Shown: piece by piece, positions 41,100 through 51,013 of the stretch
Numbering within the stretch: the first letter of the stretch is position 1
How the letters are laid out: every line of letters begins with the position of its first letter
Assembly: GCA_964035545.1 (NCBI GenBank)
Contig: OZ037767.1
Span: forward strand, 11,046,581-11,110,580
Reading direction: 5' to 3'
From: Bugula neritina
Lineage: Eukaryota > Animalia > Bryozoa
DNA: 64,000 bases
Translations under genes and position numbers: made by a program
The notes under the pieces: generated by a model
The model's database searches: none
The model's input: only the letters and a program-made list of their open reading frames with translations
Told to the model about the DNA's origin: nothing

Positions 41100-43358
41100 T
41101 TACTGTTTACTGGCACGTCTACTCTCGACTGCATCAACATAGGAAAAGACCGGACAGCGTGGTTGTGAAACGTGACTAGGGCTTTTCACTTCCAGCGGAT
41201 GAATCTCGTGTGAGATTCCGCCGAGGCAAAAGTTGAGATTCTCGTGGTGATCACAACTCCCACGGCTCTTTGCCTGTTTTCCCATGCGAGGCCTCTCTAG
41301 ACTTTTGTTACTGCCGCTTATACCGCGGTCACGTACACAGTCTCTGAGACACGCTGGAAGTTGCCTAGTGTGTGGTGCTGGTCCTATGTTGGCATCTCCT
41401 TGCGGAGCCCCTCCCACGGGGGGTTTTTGCACTTCCGGACCTGTTTCTGGTTCCGGAAGTGGTGATGATGGCAGGCTTGACGTTGGGGGCGGTGGGCGCA
41501 CTTTCAAGGACGGAAGTGGCCTTTCTCGCCTCGCCAAGTCTTCCTGACGTGTCATGGAGGTGTTTCCGGCCAGGTTGACAGTCTCCGCCTGCCGAGACCT
41601 TCTCGCACAATGCGTCTGCCGCCCCGCTTCACCAGGGAGACGGCTATGCTTGTTGGTCTGGCAGACTTTGCACCGTCTCACTCTGCGTCGGATATCCCGT
41701 TCCATGTTAGGCCAGTACCACCGGAGTTGTAACTTGGTGACCACCCCTTGGACTCCTCCGTGAGTCTCCTCGTGAGTGTCTTGTATCAACTTCCGGCGGA
41801 TGGCAACTGGGCAGACAACCCTCTTCCTGGCTGGCTGTCTGCTGTTGGTGGCCAAGGTCATGGTTAGCAGACCATCTGGCCCGACCCGCAGAGAGCTCCA
41901 ACGTTGACAGTACAGCCGTAACTCGGCGCATCCCTGTCGCCGTTGTGTACTACTGGGTCGTCGCCCCTCCTGTTTCGCTCGGTACACGTCGGCTACCACC
42001 CCAGGAAGGCATTCCTGGAGCTTCGGCAGCTCCCTAACGTTACCAGCCCATACAGGTTTGGCGCGGAGGCTCTGGGCAGCCTCCGGGGGCGTGTCAGCCC
42101 TCTGTTGAAGTGGCTGAGCAGGGGCGGTCCTCGCCGCCCGTGGTACCTCACGGCAGCCTGCTCTATTTAGGCGGGCTCCGTGGTTTGTGTGGCTGAACGC
42201 CTCACTGTACCCATGTGGCAACCTAGCCATAGCCTGGCGCTTCCCGTTGCCTGTGCAGCCACGCGTCCCTGGAGGAGGGGAGGCGTGGGTTGGGACGGTC
42301 CTCCGCCCTCGAGACGGGCTCTGCTGAGGACCTTCTGTCGTAGCTCCCGACGACGGCCCAATGGCTTCCTCCTGGACAGGATGGAAGCGACCCAGCATGG
42401 ATCTGGGTGATAGGTCTACTGTCTCTGAGAAGGGGTTGACACACTGCACTGAGATCTCTCCTTGCCTCGTGAGCCGGCTAAAACTACGGGCAAGTTGGAC
42501 TCTCGAGTGCGTACTTTCGACAACTCCCAACTTAGAGGTTTGGCCACCGTCTACCTTGCAGCGGACGGTAGCCCGGGAGTGGCCTGGTATAGTACAGCTC
42601 CGTACTACCTGCACTGCTCCCGCTAGAGGACGACCAAACTTATCGACACAAGCGAGCTCCTTGTCGCCCATGATTATCGCAGATTTACTGAAATCGATGC
42701 GACAACCGTGTCGTTGTAAGAATGGCATCCCGAGGATAGCATCCTCGTTGAGCTGCCCGACGATAAACGTCTCTTGGATGGCCTGGTCACGGACGTAACC
42801 AGTTAGCTCAATAATGCCGTAGAAGGGAATGCACGACCCGTCTGCCAAGGTGCCATGATCCCCCTCGTACGGTGCCAACCTGTCCTTGACCTTAGCGCTG
42901 AGGGTGTCAAAGAACTGACGGCTAAGGAGGTTGGTGGTGCAGCCGGAGTCCAGGAGGAAGTTGGCAGGCTTGCCGGCTAACTTCCCTGGCAGGAAGTAGC
43001 TACTTCCGTGCGGCTGCAATTGAGTGTGCCGTGGTTGCACCTCCCTCGCTGTGGGTCGAGGGGTCCACGGTTGGCGGCGACTATTGACCAGCTGCCGAGG
43101 TTGGGGCGGTACGCCTTGCGGCGCTTGTACCGTTTCCCTCGCAGGCTCTGTGGTCAACCGTCTGCCGGCTCCGTGTTGGTGCCGGAGTGGCGTAGAGGAC
43201 CCAGGCGGCGAGTGGCTTGAGCCTACTTGCCGCGGGGGTCGCCACTTCACAGCATCTCCGCGCGGCGCCCAGCGGGGCGACAGACGCGCGGGCCTCCCTG
43301 GGTGATTTACAGACGGCCCGCAGGAGGTGGGAACATCTGCGGGCCGGGGTAGTTTAAC
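41100..43358 (-). CDS. pol: Internally deleted Pol: aspartic protease, RT N-terminal stub, integrase HHCC zinc-binding domain and tail; in the -1 frame relative to gag
   Basis: FLLDSGCTTNLL and AILGMPFL protease motifs; H-x3-H-GG...RWYWPNM..DIRR.VRRCKVCQ integrase zinc-binding domain; no YxDD, RNase H or DDE core visible in the 786-codon open frame. Confidence 0.85.
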   Translation of the reverse strand, partial: VKLPRPADVPTSCGPSVNHPGRPARLSPRWAPRGDAVKWRPPRQVGSSHSPPGSSTPLRHQHGAGRRLTTEPARETVQAPQGVPPQPRQLVNSRRQPWTPRPTAREVQPRHTQLQPHGSSYFLPGKLAGKPANFLLDSGCTTNLLSRQFFDTLSAKVKDRLAPYEGDHGTLADGSCIPFYGIIELTGYVRDQAIQETFIVGQLNEDAILGMPFLQRHGCRIDFSKSAIIMGDKELACVDKFGRPLAGAVQVVRSCTIPGHSRATVRCKVDGGQTSKLGVVESTHSRVQLARSFSRLTRQGEISVQCVNPFSETVDLSPRSMLGRFHPVQEEAIGPSSGATTEGPQQSPSRGRRTVPTHASPPPGTRGCTGNGKRQAMARLPHGYSEAFSHTNHGARLNRAGCREVPRAARTAPAQPLQQRADTPPEAAQSLRAKPVWAGNVRELPKLQECLPGVVADVYRAKQEGRRPSSTQRRQGCAELRLYCQRWSSLRVGPDGLLTMTLATNSRQPARKRVVCPVAIRRKLIQDTHEETHGGVQGVVTKLQLRWYWPNMERDIRRRVRRCKVCQTNKHSRLPGEAGRQTHCARRSRQAETVNLAGNTSMTRQEDLARRERPLPSLKVRPPPPTSSLPSSPLPEPETGPEVQKPPVGGAPQGDANIGPAPHTRQLPACLRDCVRDRGISGSNKSLERPRMGKQAKSRGSCDHHENLNFCLGGISHEIHPLEVKSPSHVSQPRCPVFSYVDAVESRRASKQ

Positions 43359-44257
43359 CCTGGTGAGAGTTGAGGGCAGTTTCTCTGGAAATGTCCTGGC
43401 CTTCCGCATTCCCAGCAGAAGTGGTGCCCCATGCCTGGTGATTGTACCTGCGGCCCGCAAGGCTCACGGGCAGTATCTACCTGGCTTGGGGAGGCTAATG
43501 TGGTGACCAGTTTATCTAGCATGTCAGTCATCTGTGAGATTTTTGACGCTAGTGACATCTGGTTCACACTAGCCACCGCGGAGGGTTCCGCATTTAATTC
43601 GGTGTGAGCAGTAGAGTGCTCCGTGGTCACCTGGCGGGAGGCCACGCGGTTGCGGTGCATATGAGTCGCCAAGAGATAGGCTTCTCCCACCGCAAGTGCA
43701 TCTTCGACTGTGGTGACTCCCCTCGCTTGGAGTTGATGGTGGAGCCCCAAGTCGTTGATGGACTGCACGAAGGCATCATAGGTATACCTCTCACGGTGTA
43801 CCGGAGGCAGATCGCGGAATGCAATCTGCGCTAATGGGTACACCGTGGCAGCGTGCTCTTCTAGTGACGTGTGAGGATCACGCCGCATCCTCTGTAGACG
43901 GGTCCGCGCATCTATGGGAGAGATGCCAAAACGGGCCCGCAGGGAAGCAAAGATTCCGTCTATGTCAGGTCCCGCTCCGTACGGCTTAGCTTTGCCCGTC
44001 AGCGCCATCCTGAGCTTGAGCAGCGCCACCCTTGGCGGCCACTCTGAAATCTCCATCACATCTTGGAATATTTGGATAAACTGCTCCACTGCTTCCTCGC
44101 CTGCGAAGGTGGGCACCTTCATCCGGTATCTGTCTTCACCATACTCTCTAAGAATTCTCACTTCTTCATCTAACACCACTGGTTCCACAGGTATATCAAC
44201 ATTATCTCTCTCACCTTCATTCAGTGGAATGGGTAGCTCCGTGCCGTCTTCTGCCAT
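43307..44257 (-). CDS. gag: Gag (capsid plus CCHC nucleocapsid knuckle)
   Basis: First ATG at 44257 (MAEDG...); KVPTFAGEE..EQF...W...L...LTGKA capsid pattern; CWECGRPGHFQRNC = CX2CX4HX4C. Confidence 0.9.
   Translation of the reverse strand: MAEDGTELPIPLNEGERDNVDIPVEPVVLDEEVRILREYGEDRYRMKVPTFAGEEAVEQFIQIFQDVMEISEWPPRVALLKLRMALTGKAKPYGAGPDIDGIFASLRARFGISPIDARTRLQRMRRDPHTSLEEHAATVYPLAQIAFRDLPPVHRERYTYDAFVQSINDLGLHHQLQARGVTTVEDALAVGEAYLLATHMHRNRVASRQVTTEHSTAHTELNAEPSAVASVNQMSLASKISQMTDMLDKLVTTLASPSQVDTAREPCGPQVQSPGMGHHFCWECGRPGHFQRNCPQLSPGLNYPGPQMFPPPAGRL
43314..43358 (-). promoter_or_regulatory. -1 programmed ribosomal frameshift signal
   Basis: G TTA AAC heptamer in gag frame (43358-43352), 5-nt spacer, perfect 10-bp stem CGGCCCGCAG/CTGCGGGCCG with 13-nt loop, inside the gag/pol overlap. 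Confidence 0.78.
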
Positions 44258-44273
44258 GACTGCTATACGCAAG

Positions 44274-44291
44274 ATCCCACCGCTGCCACCA
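44274..44291 (-). promoter_or_regulatory. Primer-binding site for tRNA-Leu (AAG/TAG type)
   Basis: Minus strand TGGTGGCAGCGGTGGGAT, 1 nt inside the 5' LTR; complementary to the conserved animal tRNA-Leu 3' end ATCCCACCGCTGCCA-CCA. Confidence 0.88.
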
Positions 44292-44292
44292 C

Positions 44293-44645
44293 TGTAGTAA
44301 TTTGTGCAATTACTGAGCGTGAGTTATTTACTTGCGTATAGTTAGCTGGTTATTCTGTTATCAATTACTAGGGTAGCTGTCGAGTAATTATATTTATTAT
44401 CCACAATAAAGCATAAACCAAACATCACATCAAATTATCCTATACAAGAGTCAACTACTAACACATGTTACTACTACAAGCCTCCGCTTACAACAACGTG
44501 ATATAATCTTAATAACCCCGGGAAGTGTCACGTGACTCGGAAGCATATCTTCCGGAGCTGCTAATTGGTTGCTACATAAGAGTCTAAGTATTCCAAGAAT
44601 AGGGAGAGGGCGATTCCTGTATTTGTACTTGCACTACTCACTACA
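44293..44645 (-). repeat. 5' LTR (353 bp)
   Basis: Matches 39386-39737 except one extra C (taaccccggg vs taacccggg); adjacent to the PBS. Confidence 0.95.
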
Positions 44646-45511
44646 ATATACTTTGTTTTGTATCACGATGAAAAATTGTTTTAAATCAATAATACTAATT
44701 GTTGTTATACAATGTAGATCCAGGAAACATATTTTTTTTATAGAACAAGTTCTTAGCAACTGGTGGTATGTTAAGAAGTTACATTATATAGGCTACCATA
44801 TACCTGAAAGTTGTACATTGAACCCAAATTTTAAGCTACAAAGCAAAAAAAATTATGGGTCATCAAATGTCAGTCTATATCTTATGGATTATAATTCTTT
44901 TCATTGCAATCTCCCATCCATTAGTTTAGAGTACTTGCTACAACATTCAATTTGTTGAATTTTATGTTTCACACGCAATTCACCTATGTAAGTCCAAACT
45001 GCTGCACTTGGTCACCCCCAACCCAAAGCTGTTTATAGAACAAGTCATTGCAAGAAAGCATAGCGTTTTAGTTGTTGGGATATAGAAGTGAAGAAGGAGA
45101 CGTAGTAGTGAGACTTCCGAGATGAAAAAACGTGAGGTCCCAGCATAAGGTGAAGGACGTAGTAATGAAAGCGGTCTCCTTATCGCAACGAATACCAGTA
45201 CTGAACTAACTAATAGTAATACTACAAATACCTATAGTTAAACTTATAGTAATAGGAATTTATATTCGTAGTATTATTATTCAATTACATTTAACTAATC
45301 TTTCAATAAGATTATATTACCAGTGGCTATATTTTCTAATAGCCGTGTTACGTTTAGATTTACTGTCACACTGTTACCTGTAAGTGTAAGTGTGAGACTG
45401 AGCGCGACTGTCTGACTGTGACTGCAATTTCAATTTGCAGTTAGTGAGTTACTAATAACTAATAGTAATACGTACTATTAGTAATACTATCAATTTCGAA
45501 TTAAATTTAAA

Positions 45512-48500
45512 ATGCCAGAAATTAGTTTGGCTCGCATCGTTTCTGTGAGCAGTGAGGACAACAAGTTTCCAGCAACAAACCTTCTCGGAGCACCAGGTTC
45601 TGGCAAATGGAAATCTGCTGTTGCAGGAGAAAAGCAACTTTCAGTTATTGTTCAGCTGTCAAGACCTTCAAAAATAACTGGTGTGCATGTAGGCAATGAA
45701 GGGTCTGCCTTTGTGGAAATATTAGTGGGAAAAGAATCTGCTACATCAGAGAAAGATTGGAAGGTGGGCAAATACAAATAGTGGTAAATTAAGCAGTTGC
45801 CTAAGCTTCAACCTAATAGTAATGTAGTCTGTTCAAACTACAGCTTGAAATGAGGGTTTGGAGCAATTGTGTTGCATCGTAGTTCACTCACTGCAAGCTA
45901 TCAACATATAGTTGTGCTAAGAATGCTATATCCTGATAGTAATGTAGATCAGCATTGCTTACATTGGGTTTCTGTTTTAATGAGCTCAATTAGTAACTCA
46001 ATATCTTGTGATTGAGTTTAGTTTATTATGGTTTAAAATATTATGTTACACGGATACAACCATAATGAGTCGAATAATAATAGTGGGTGGTAGCATGTGA
46101 AACAAATAGAGCAGTTCAGACAACAGTCAAATTTATGTCTGAACACCCAAATGTTTGTTTAACATGCTGAATGCTTAACACCCAACTGAAACAGGCTGCT
46201 GTAATCTAAACTTGGACTTTATTGCAGTGAATGAATAGGCCATATGTTTAATACTTACTCATTACTAAGGTAAACAAAAAAGCTATACACCATCAGCTAA
46301 TATTTTTTCAGATTTACTGTAATAGCTAATGTAACTGTCAGTTTAGGTTTTTATGGCGCACTTTCTGTGATGTAGTTATGTTTTGTCTGATCAACTAACA
46401 TGTAGAGTCTATAGATGTAGAGATCTGGGGTTCTGCTTAACTTTGAGATGCTAGTTAATGAGTAATAATATGCAAAATAGTAAATTTTATTTGAAAAACC
46501 GAGTAATACCCCCATGATGTGTGAATTATTACAGGTTTGCATTAAGTTACTTTTAGAACATATAGATCTGGTTTTCATACTTGTAGGTGCTTTTAGTAGC
46601 CTCGTCGCTGATGACCCCTTCTGATGCCAGGTCGCACACTAATTTGCAAAAAGTTAGAATTTTCAACTCTGACGCTCTTTCAGCTTCAACTCGGAATGAG
46701 ACTTGGGACAGAGTAAAACTCGTTTGTACTCAGCCCTTCAACAAGTCTCAACCGTATGGGCTGTCATTCATTTCCCTCCTTAACGATGATGAAAGTCTAG
46801 AAAAAGGTAAATTTTCACTTGCTGTTGGCTGTTATATTTTTTATATATGTTGTTTAATTGAATTTAACACCAACATTTTTTTATAGTAAAAACTGAAAAA
46901 GTGCCGCAGAAATTAGGAGCTTTCACTTTGAGAGACGATACTGATAGTGATGAGCCAAGGCTGAACATGGCTGGCAGCGTCTTCTCTGACAGAGCTCGTC
47001 TTAAAGCTGACATCCCACCAGCCACTGCGGCGGCAGCAGTCAGGGCAGCGGCTAGAGAAGCTGATTCAAAGGTCAGCACCACAACTATTAAACCTGCTAG
47101 GTTGTCTCTGTTGGTAGTTAATGAAAGCGACAAGTCTAGTTTATATGAAAATGTATGCAGGTTGAAAAAATGCCCTTACAGTAAAGTTTTATGTGATTCA
47201 CACTTGAGAACCAAATAAACTCACGTACGTTTATAGTCGCCATTTCTGTGAGAATACCTGATGGAAAGGGTTTTTGTTAAAGCAGGCTGAGGACTTATTT
47301 AGATGAGGCACAGGAGCAATTATGACTGGATGCTCTTCCTAACATCACCAATGACCTTTGTCGAGTTCAAACCCCTGACCTCGTGTGTACTAAGTAAACG
47401 CTGTAACCCCTAGACCACGGCTGCTCCCTGCTTTACTGCTGTAAAATGAGTGGTACTAGAAAACTACACAAAGTTAAATAGTGGTAGTTTAACCAGCAGT
47501 TGATTTAACACAAATCTCAGTTGAATCCATCAACATTATCTTAATAATATTGTCCTAATATTATTTCAGTACATTGCCAAAAGCTACTGAAGTAATAATA
47601 CCAGCTGCTTCTTTTTAAACTTAAAAATTATTCTTTGTAATATTGAAGCTCAGTTTCGCTTTATCTTCAATAACAGGTTGGAACTCATAAGAGTGACTCT
47701 CTACCGTCTTCTGCTTCAAAACTCAAGAGAGCAGCATCTCCAGCTGATAAGAAAACTCCGAAAATGAAGTCAGCAAAGCTGGACAGTAGTAGGACAGGAA
47801 AACCAAAAACCAGCAGCACGTCAGCATCTGCAGCAGCTGGTGATGAGAGAAAGACTAGCAGCTCTACACCTGTGTCCAGTTCTGTGCCCGCAGGTGAGAA
47901 AACATAACATTTAGCTGTTCAGATAAAGCAGTTTTTGAAATCAAGAATAGGCTATTTGTATAACTAGTCATGAATGTGGCCTGATGGTACACATCAATCA
48001 TGTGATATGAAACATTACCTTAAATCAGTTACCTTAAAATTGCTCTGCTGCTAATATTAAGTAAGTGTATTGTTAGTAGTAACTATGCTGTTAGTAGTAA
48101 CTAAACTGTTAGTAGTAACAATACTGTTAGTAGTAACTATGCTGTTAGTAGTAAGTGTACTGTTAGTAGTAACAATACTGTTATTAGTAAGCATACTACT
48201 AGTAGTTGTCTGCTCGTGATTTTATCAGACAAAACTTTCTCTATTTGAAGTTGTCTGCTCGTGTTAATACTTTGCAGATTATAAGCTTCTCGTATGATGA
48301 TGGTATATTTCAGTGCCATTGAAAGAGATACTTAAGGGTGTTGTCTTCTCTCTCAGTGGATTCAAAAACCCCAAGAGGTCAGATTTGAGAGAGAAAGGCA
48401 TACAGATGGGAGCTGTTTACTCACCAGACTGGGATAACAGATGCACTCACCTCGTTTGTGCTTTCACTTCAACTCCCAAGTTCTCACAGGTATGTTTACT

Positions 48501-50153
48501 AATGGCTCCTTCATCTCCTACACCTGTAGTCTCTATATTATATGATGTTTGTTAGGTTAATGGTAAGGGATTCATAGTTACTGTATATTATATGTTTGTT
48601 AGGTTAATGGTAAGGGATACATAGTAACTGTATATTATATGTTTGTTAGGTTAATGGTAAGGGATACATAGTTACTGTATATTATATGTTTGTTAGGTTA
48701 ATGGTAAGGGGTACATAGTTACTGTATATAATGTTTGTTAGGTTAATGGTAAGGGATACATAGTTACCGAAGACTGGATCCTCAACTCATACAGCAGGAA
48801 GAAAAAGCTGCCGTGGAGAGACCACAGGCTAGGCAGAGCCAGGTCACCAGCCAGGGCGCCGGAAGATGACGAAAAGGTAACTTCACCCATAACAACCATA
48901 CGCTCACATAATGTGGTGCTTTTGTAGACAAGATACTCAGTCTATTTGAAAATTGAATGGAAGGGTTTTCTCCTACTGCATGGGCCTGAACAAGTTTATC
49001 TCATGGTAGACTGATATTGGCCTGATTATGAAGTCATATTGGGCTGATTTTGAACAGATAGTAGACTGATATTGGCATATCAAGCTTTTGAAACATTTAG
49101 CCTGTGATTCAGCTCTTAGGAATTCTCACTAATGTTAGGAACTCGTTGTAATCTGAACAGTATCTAAGTCTATCTACTCTCAATCAAGACTGCATTGTTC
49201 CAATTGTGTATAACATACGTATGCAATATATTGCTAGATCCATTTTACAACTGAGTTACGTTTCCATGTGCAGGAAAAATTGACTACTAAAGTTGAAAAC
49301 GAGTCACCTAAAAAAGATGCAAAAGCAGATGAATCTAAGGCAGCCAATGATAGCTATGCAGGTTCCACTGACATTGATGATGGTGAGTGGAGAGCAGAGT
49401 TTGTTGTGGAGTTACATGTGCTGTTTACAATATGTGACACTCAATCCATAATAATAGTTACTAGTATGTATTATGATGATTGTGTTAGATGATGAAGTTG
49501 AAGGAAACAAGATGGATGCCACACAAGTAGATAGTGATGCCACCGAGGTTGACTCAATGGACACAGATGATGAAATAGCAGCGCATTTAGCGAAAACACA
49601 ACCAGCCAGTAAAGGTCAGCGAGTAATAATATGTCAAAATATTTTAAATTCAGAGAGTTTATAAGTTGTTTCTGCATATTATAACTGTTCTGTGAATTGC
49701 TCACATCATGAAAAACTGAGCTGATTATGGTTGCGTCAGACAAACTTATGTTGTGTTATCAAGTTTGTAAATAAAGCTTAATTTAACGTGTTTTTGACAG
49801 GCAAATCTCCAGCCAACGGCAAGCCTGCTTCCACTAAATCATCCAATGGCAGCTGCTATAGAGAACTGCCAGTTCTACCAGACTTTGTGTTAGATAAAGT
49901 GTTCTTCCTTTATGGAAACGTTTCGGATAGACATAGCGTGTATAGATACATCTACGCTTACGGTGGCACTGTGGAGGAATACATGTGCGATGAGGTCAAG
50001 TTTGTCATTACTGATGACTCGTGGGATGAAAACTTTGATAGCGCCTTACAAGACAACAATAATCTTGTCTTTGTTAAATCAAAATGGATTCAAGACATTC
50101 ATAAACAGCAGAAGTTTGTTCCACACCAGAAATATGCTATTGTCCCCACCTGA
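45512..50153 (+). CDS. XRCC1: DNA repair protein XRCC1, about 9 exons
   Basis: N-terminal domain MPEISLARIVSVSSED..FPATNLL...VHVGNEGSAFVEILVG, WDRVKLVCTQPFNK..PYGLSF; BRCT1 LKGVVFSLSGFKNP.RSDLR...THLVCAF; BRCT2 ELPVLPDF..DKVFFLYG; stop at 50153. Confidence 0.96.
47229..47430 (-). mobile_element. tRNA-derived SINE, copy 2
   Basis: Minus-strand Pol III A box TGGTCTAGGGG and B box GGTTTGAACTC, then a core and tail shared with two other copies. Confidence 0.75.
48546..48767 (+). repeat. 47-bp tandem repeat spanning the XRCC1 acceptor at 48741, 5 copies
   Basis: Unit tgtatattatatgtttgttag/GTTAATGGTAAGGGATACATAGTTAC. Confidence 0.93.
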
Positions 50154-51013
50154 ACCTTAGTCAGCTAACCCAATTACTGAATCTTGTCTGCAGATTCTAC
50201 TTTTCAGAGAGAATAAAGTCTCCTCTGGACAATGATTTATAATTTACATTATTATATAATTTTTGTAGAATTTGATCAGCTTAACAGTTATGAGTTTATT
50301 TGAGACAATATATTGTATCAATATCCATTTTCGGTAAGATAAATTTACTGACTGATTGTATAAAACCAGTGACTCATTATGACTCATCATTTTCACTCGT
50401 CTATACGTATTAACTTGTCTAGACGTATTAACTCGTCTATACGTATTCATATTTCTAGGTCTCCGATAAAGCACATTCTAAACCCCTTGTAGTGGTCATG
50501 TTTGCATTCCTTTATTGATTTACACAATAAATTAAAGTGAACAAGGTAAAATACTTATTTTACTGTTGATAAATAATAATAATAATATTCAAGAAGGTTA
50601 AATACGCTCTGAAGAATGAGTAACTACTGCATAGTTTATATTTATTAAAAATTATTGAAAAAATACCTCCATAATCACCAACTCTTATCAAATCTTGCAC
50701 AAATTCTTGGGGGGGGGGGGGGGGGGGGGAAACGAATTTAAATATTGCATTTGAATATAAATATAAAAATATTTAGTGATTAAAGATACTAAGATAGGAC
50801 TAGGTCCACATGAGTATGTAACTAGGAGTACATCAACAGAGTACAATGCACCAGTCAGCTTGGAGTTTAATCAATTCTCTTGGCAGCCAATCATAATAAT
50901 TCCAAGTGCAAGTAGAAATTAGGAAAAATGAAGGATTTAGAAAGAGTATAAGTACTTGGAGTAAAAGAAAATATATAAACTTTGAGTAGGTGAGTATTAC
51001 TTATGAAGTTATC

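Larger units (their letters stand above)
39386..44645 (-). mobile_element. Ty3/Gypsy-type LTR retrotransposon, non-autonomous (no RT/RNase H/IN core), recent insertion
   Basis: Direct repeats 39386-39737 and 44293-44645 with TGTAGT...ACTACA termini, ATAT target duplication (39382-39385 / 44646-44649), PBS, PPT, gag with zinc knuckle, aspartic protease and HHCC domain; GC-rich interior contrasts with the flanks. Confidence 0.95.

Noticed and set aside
41284-44297. Numerous plus-strand ORFs inside the retrotransposon
   Set aside because: Shadow ORFs of GC-rich coding sequence, with no motifs.
44569-44958. 129-aa ORF starting in the LTR
   Set aside because: Non-ATG start, crosses the LTR/flank junction, no coding features.
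47330-47430. tRNA gene
   Set aside because: A/B boxes are fused to a repeated core and tail present in three copies; it is a SINE head.
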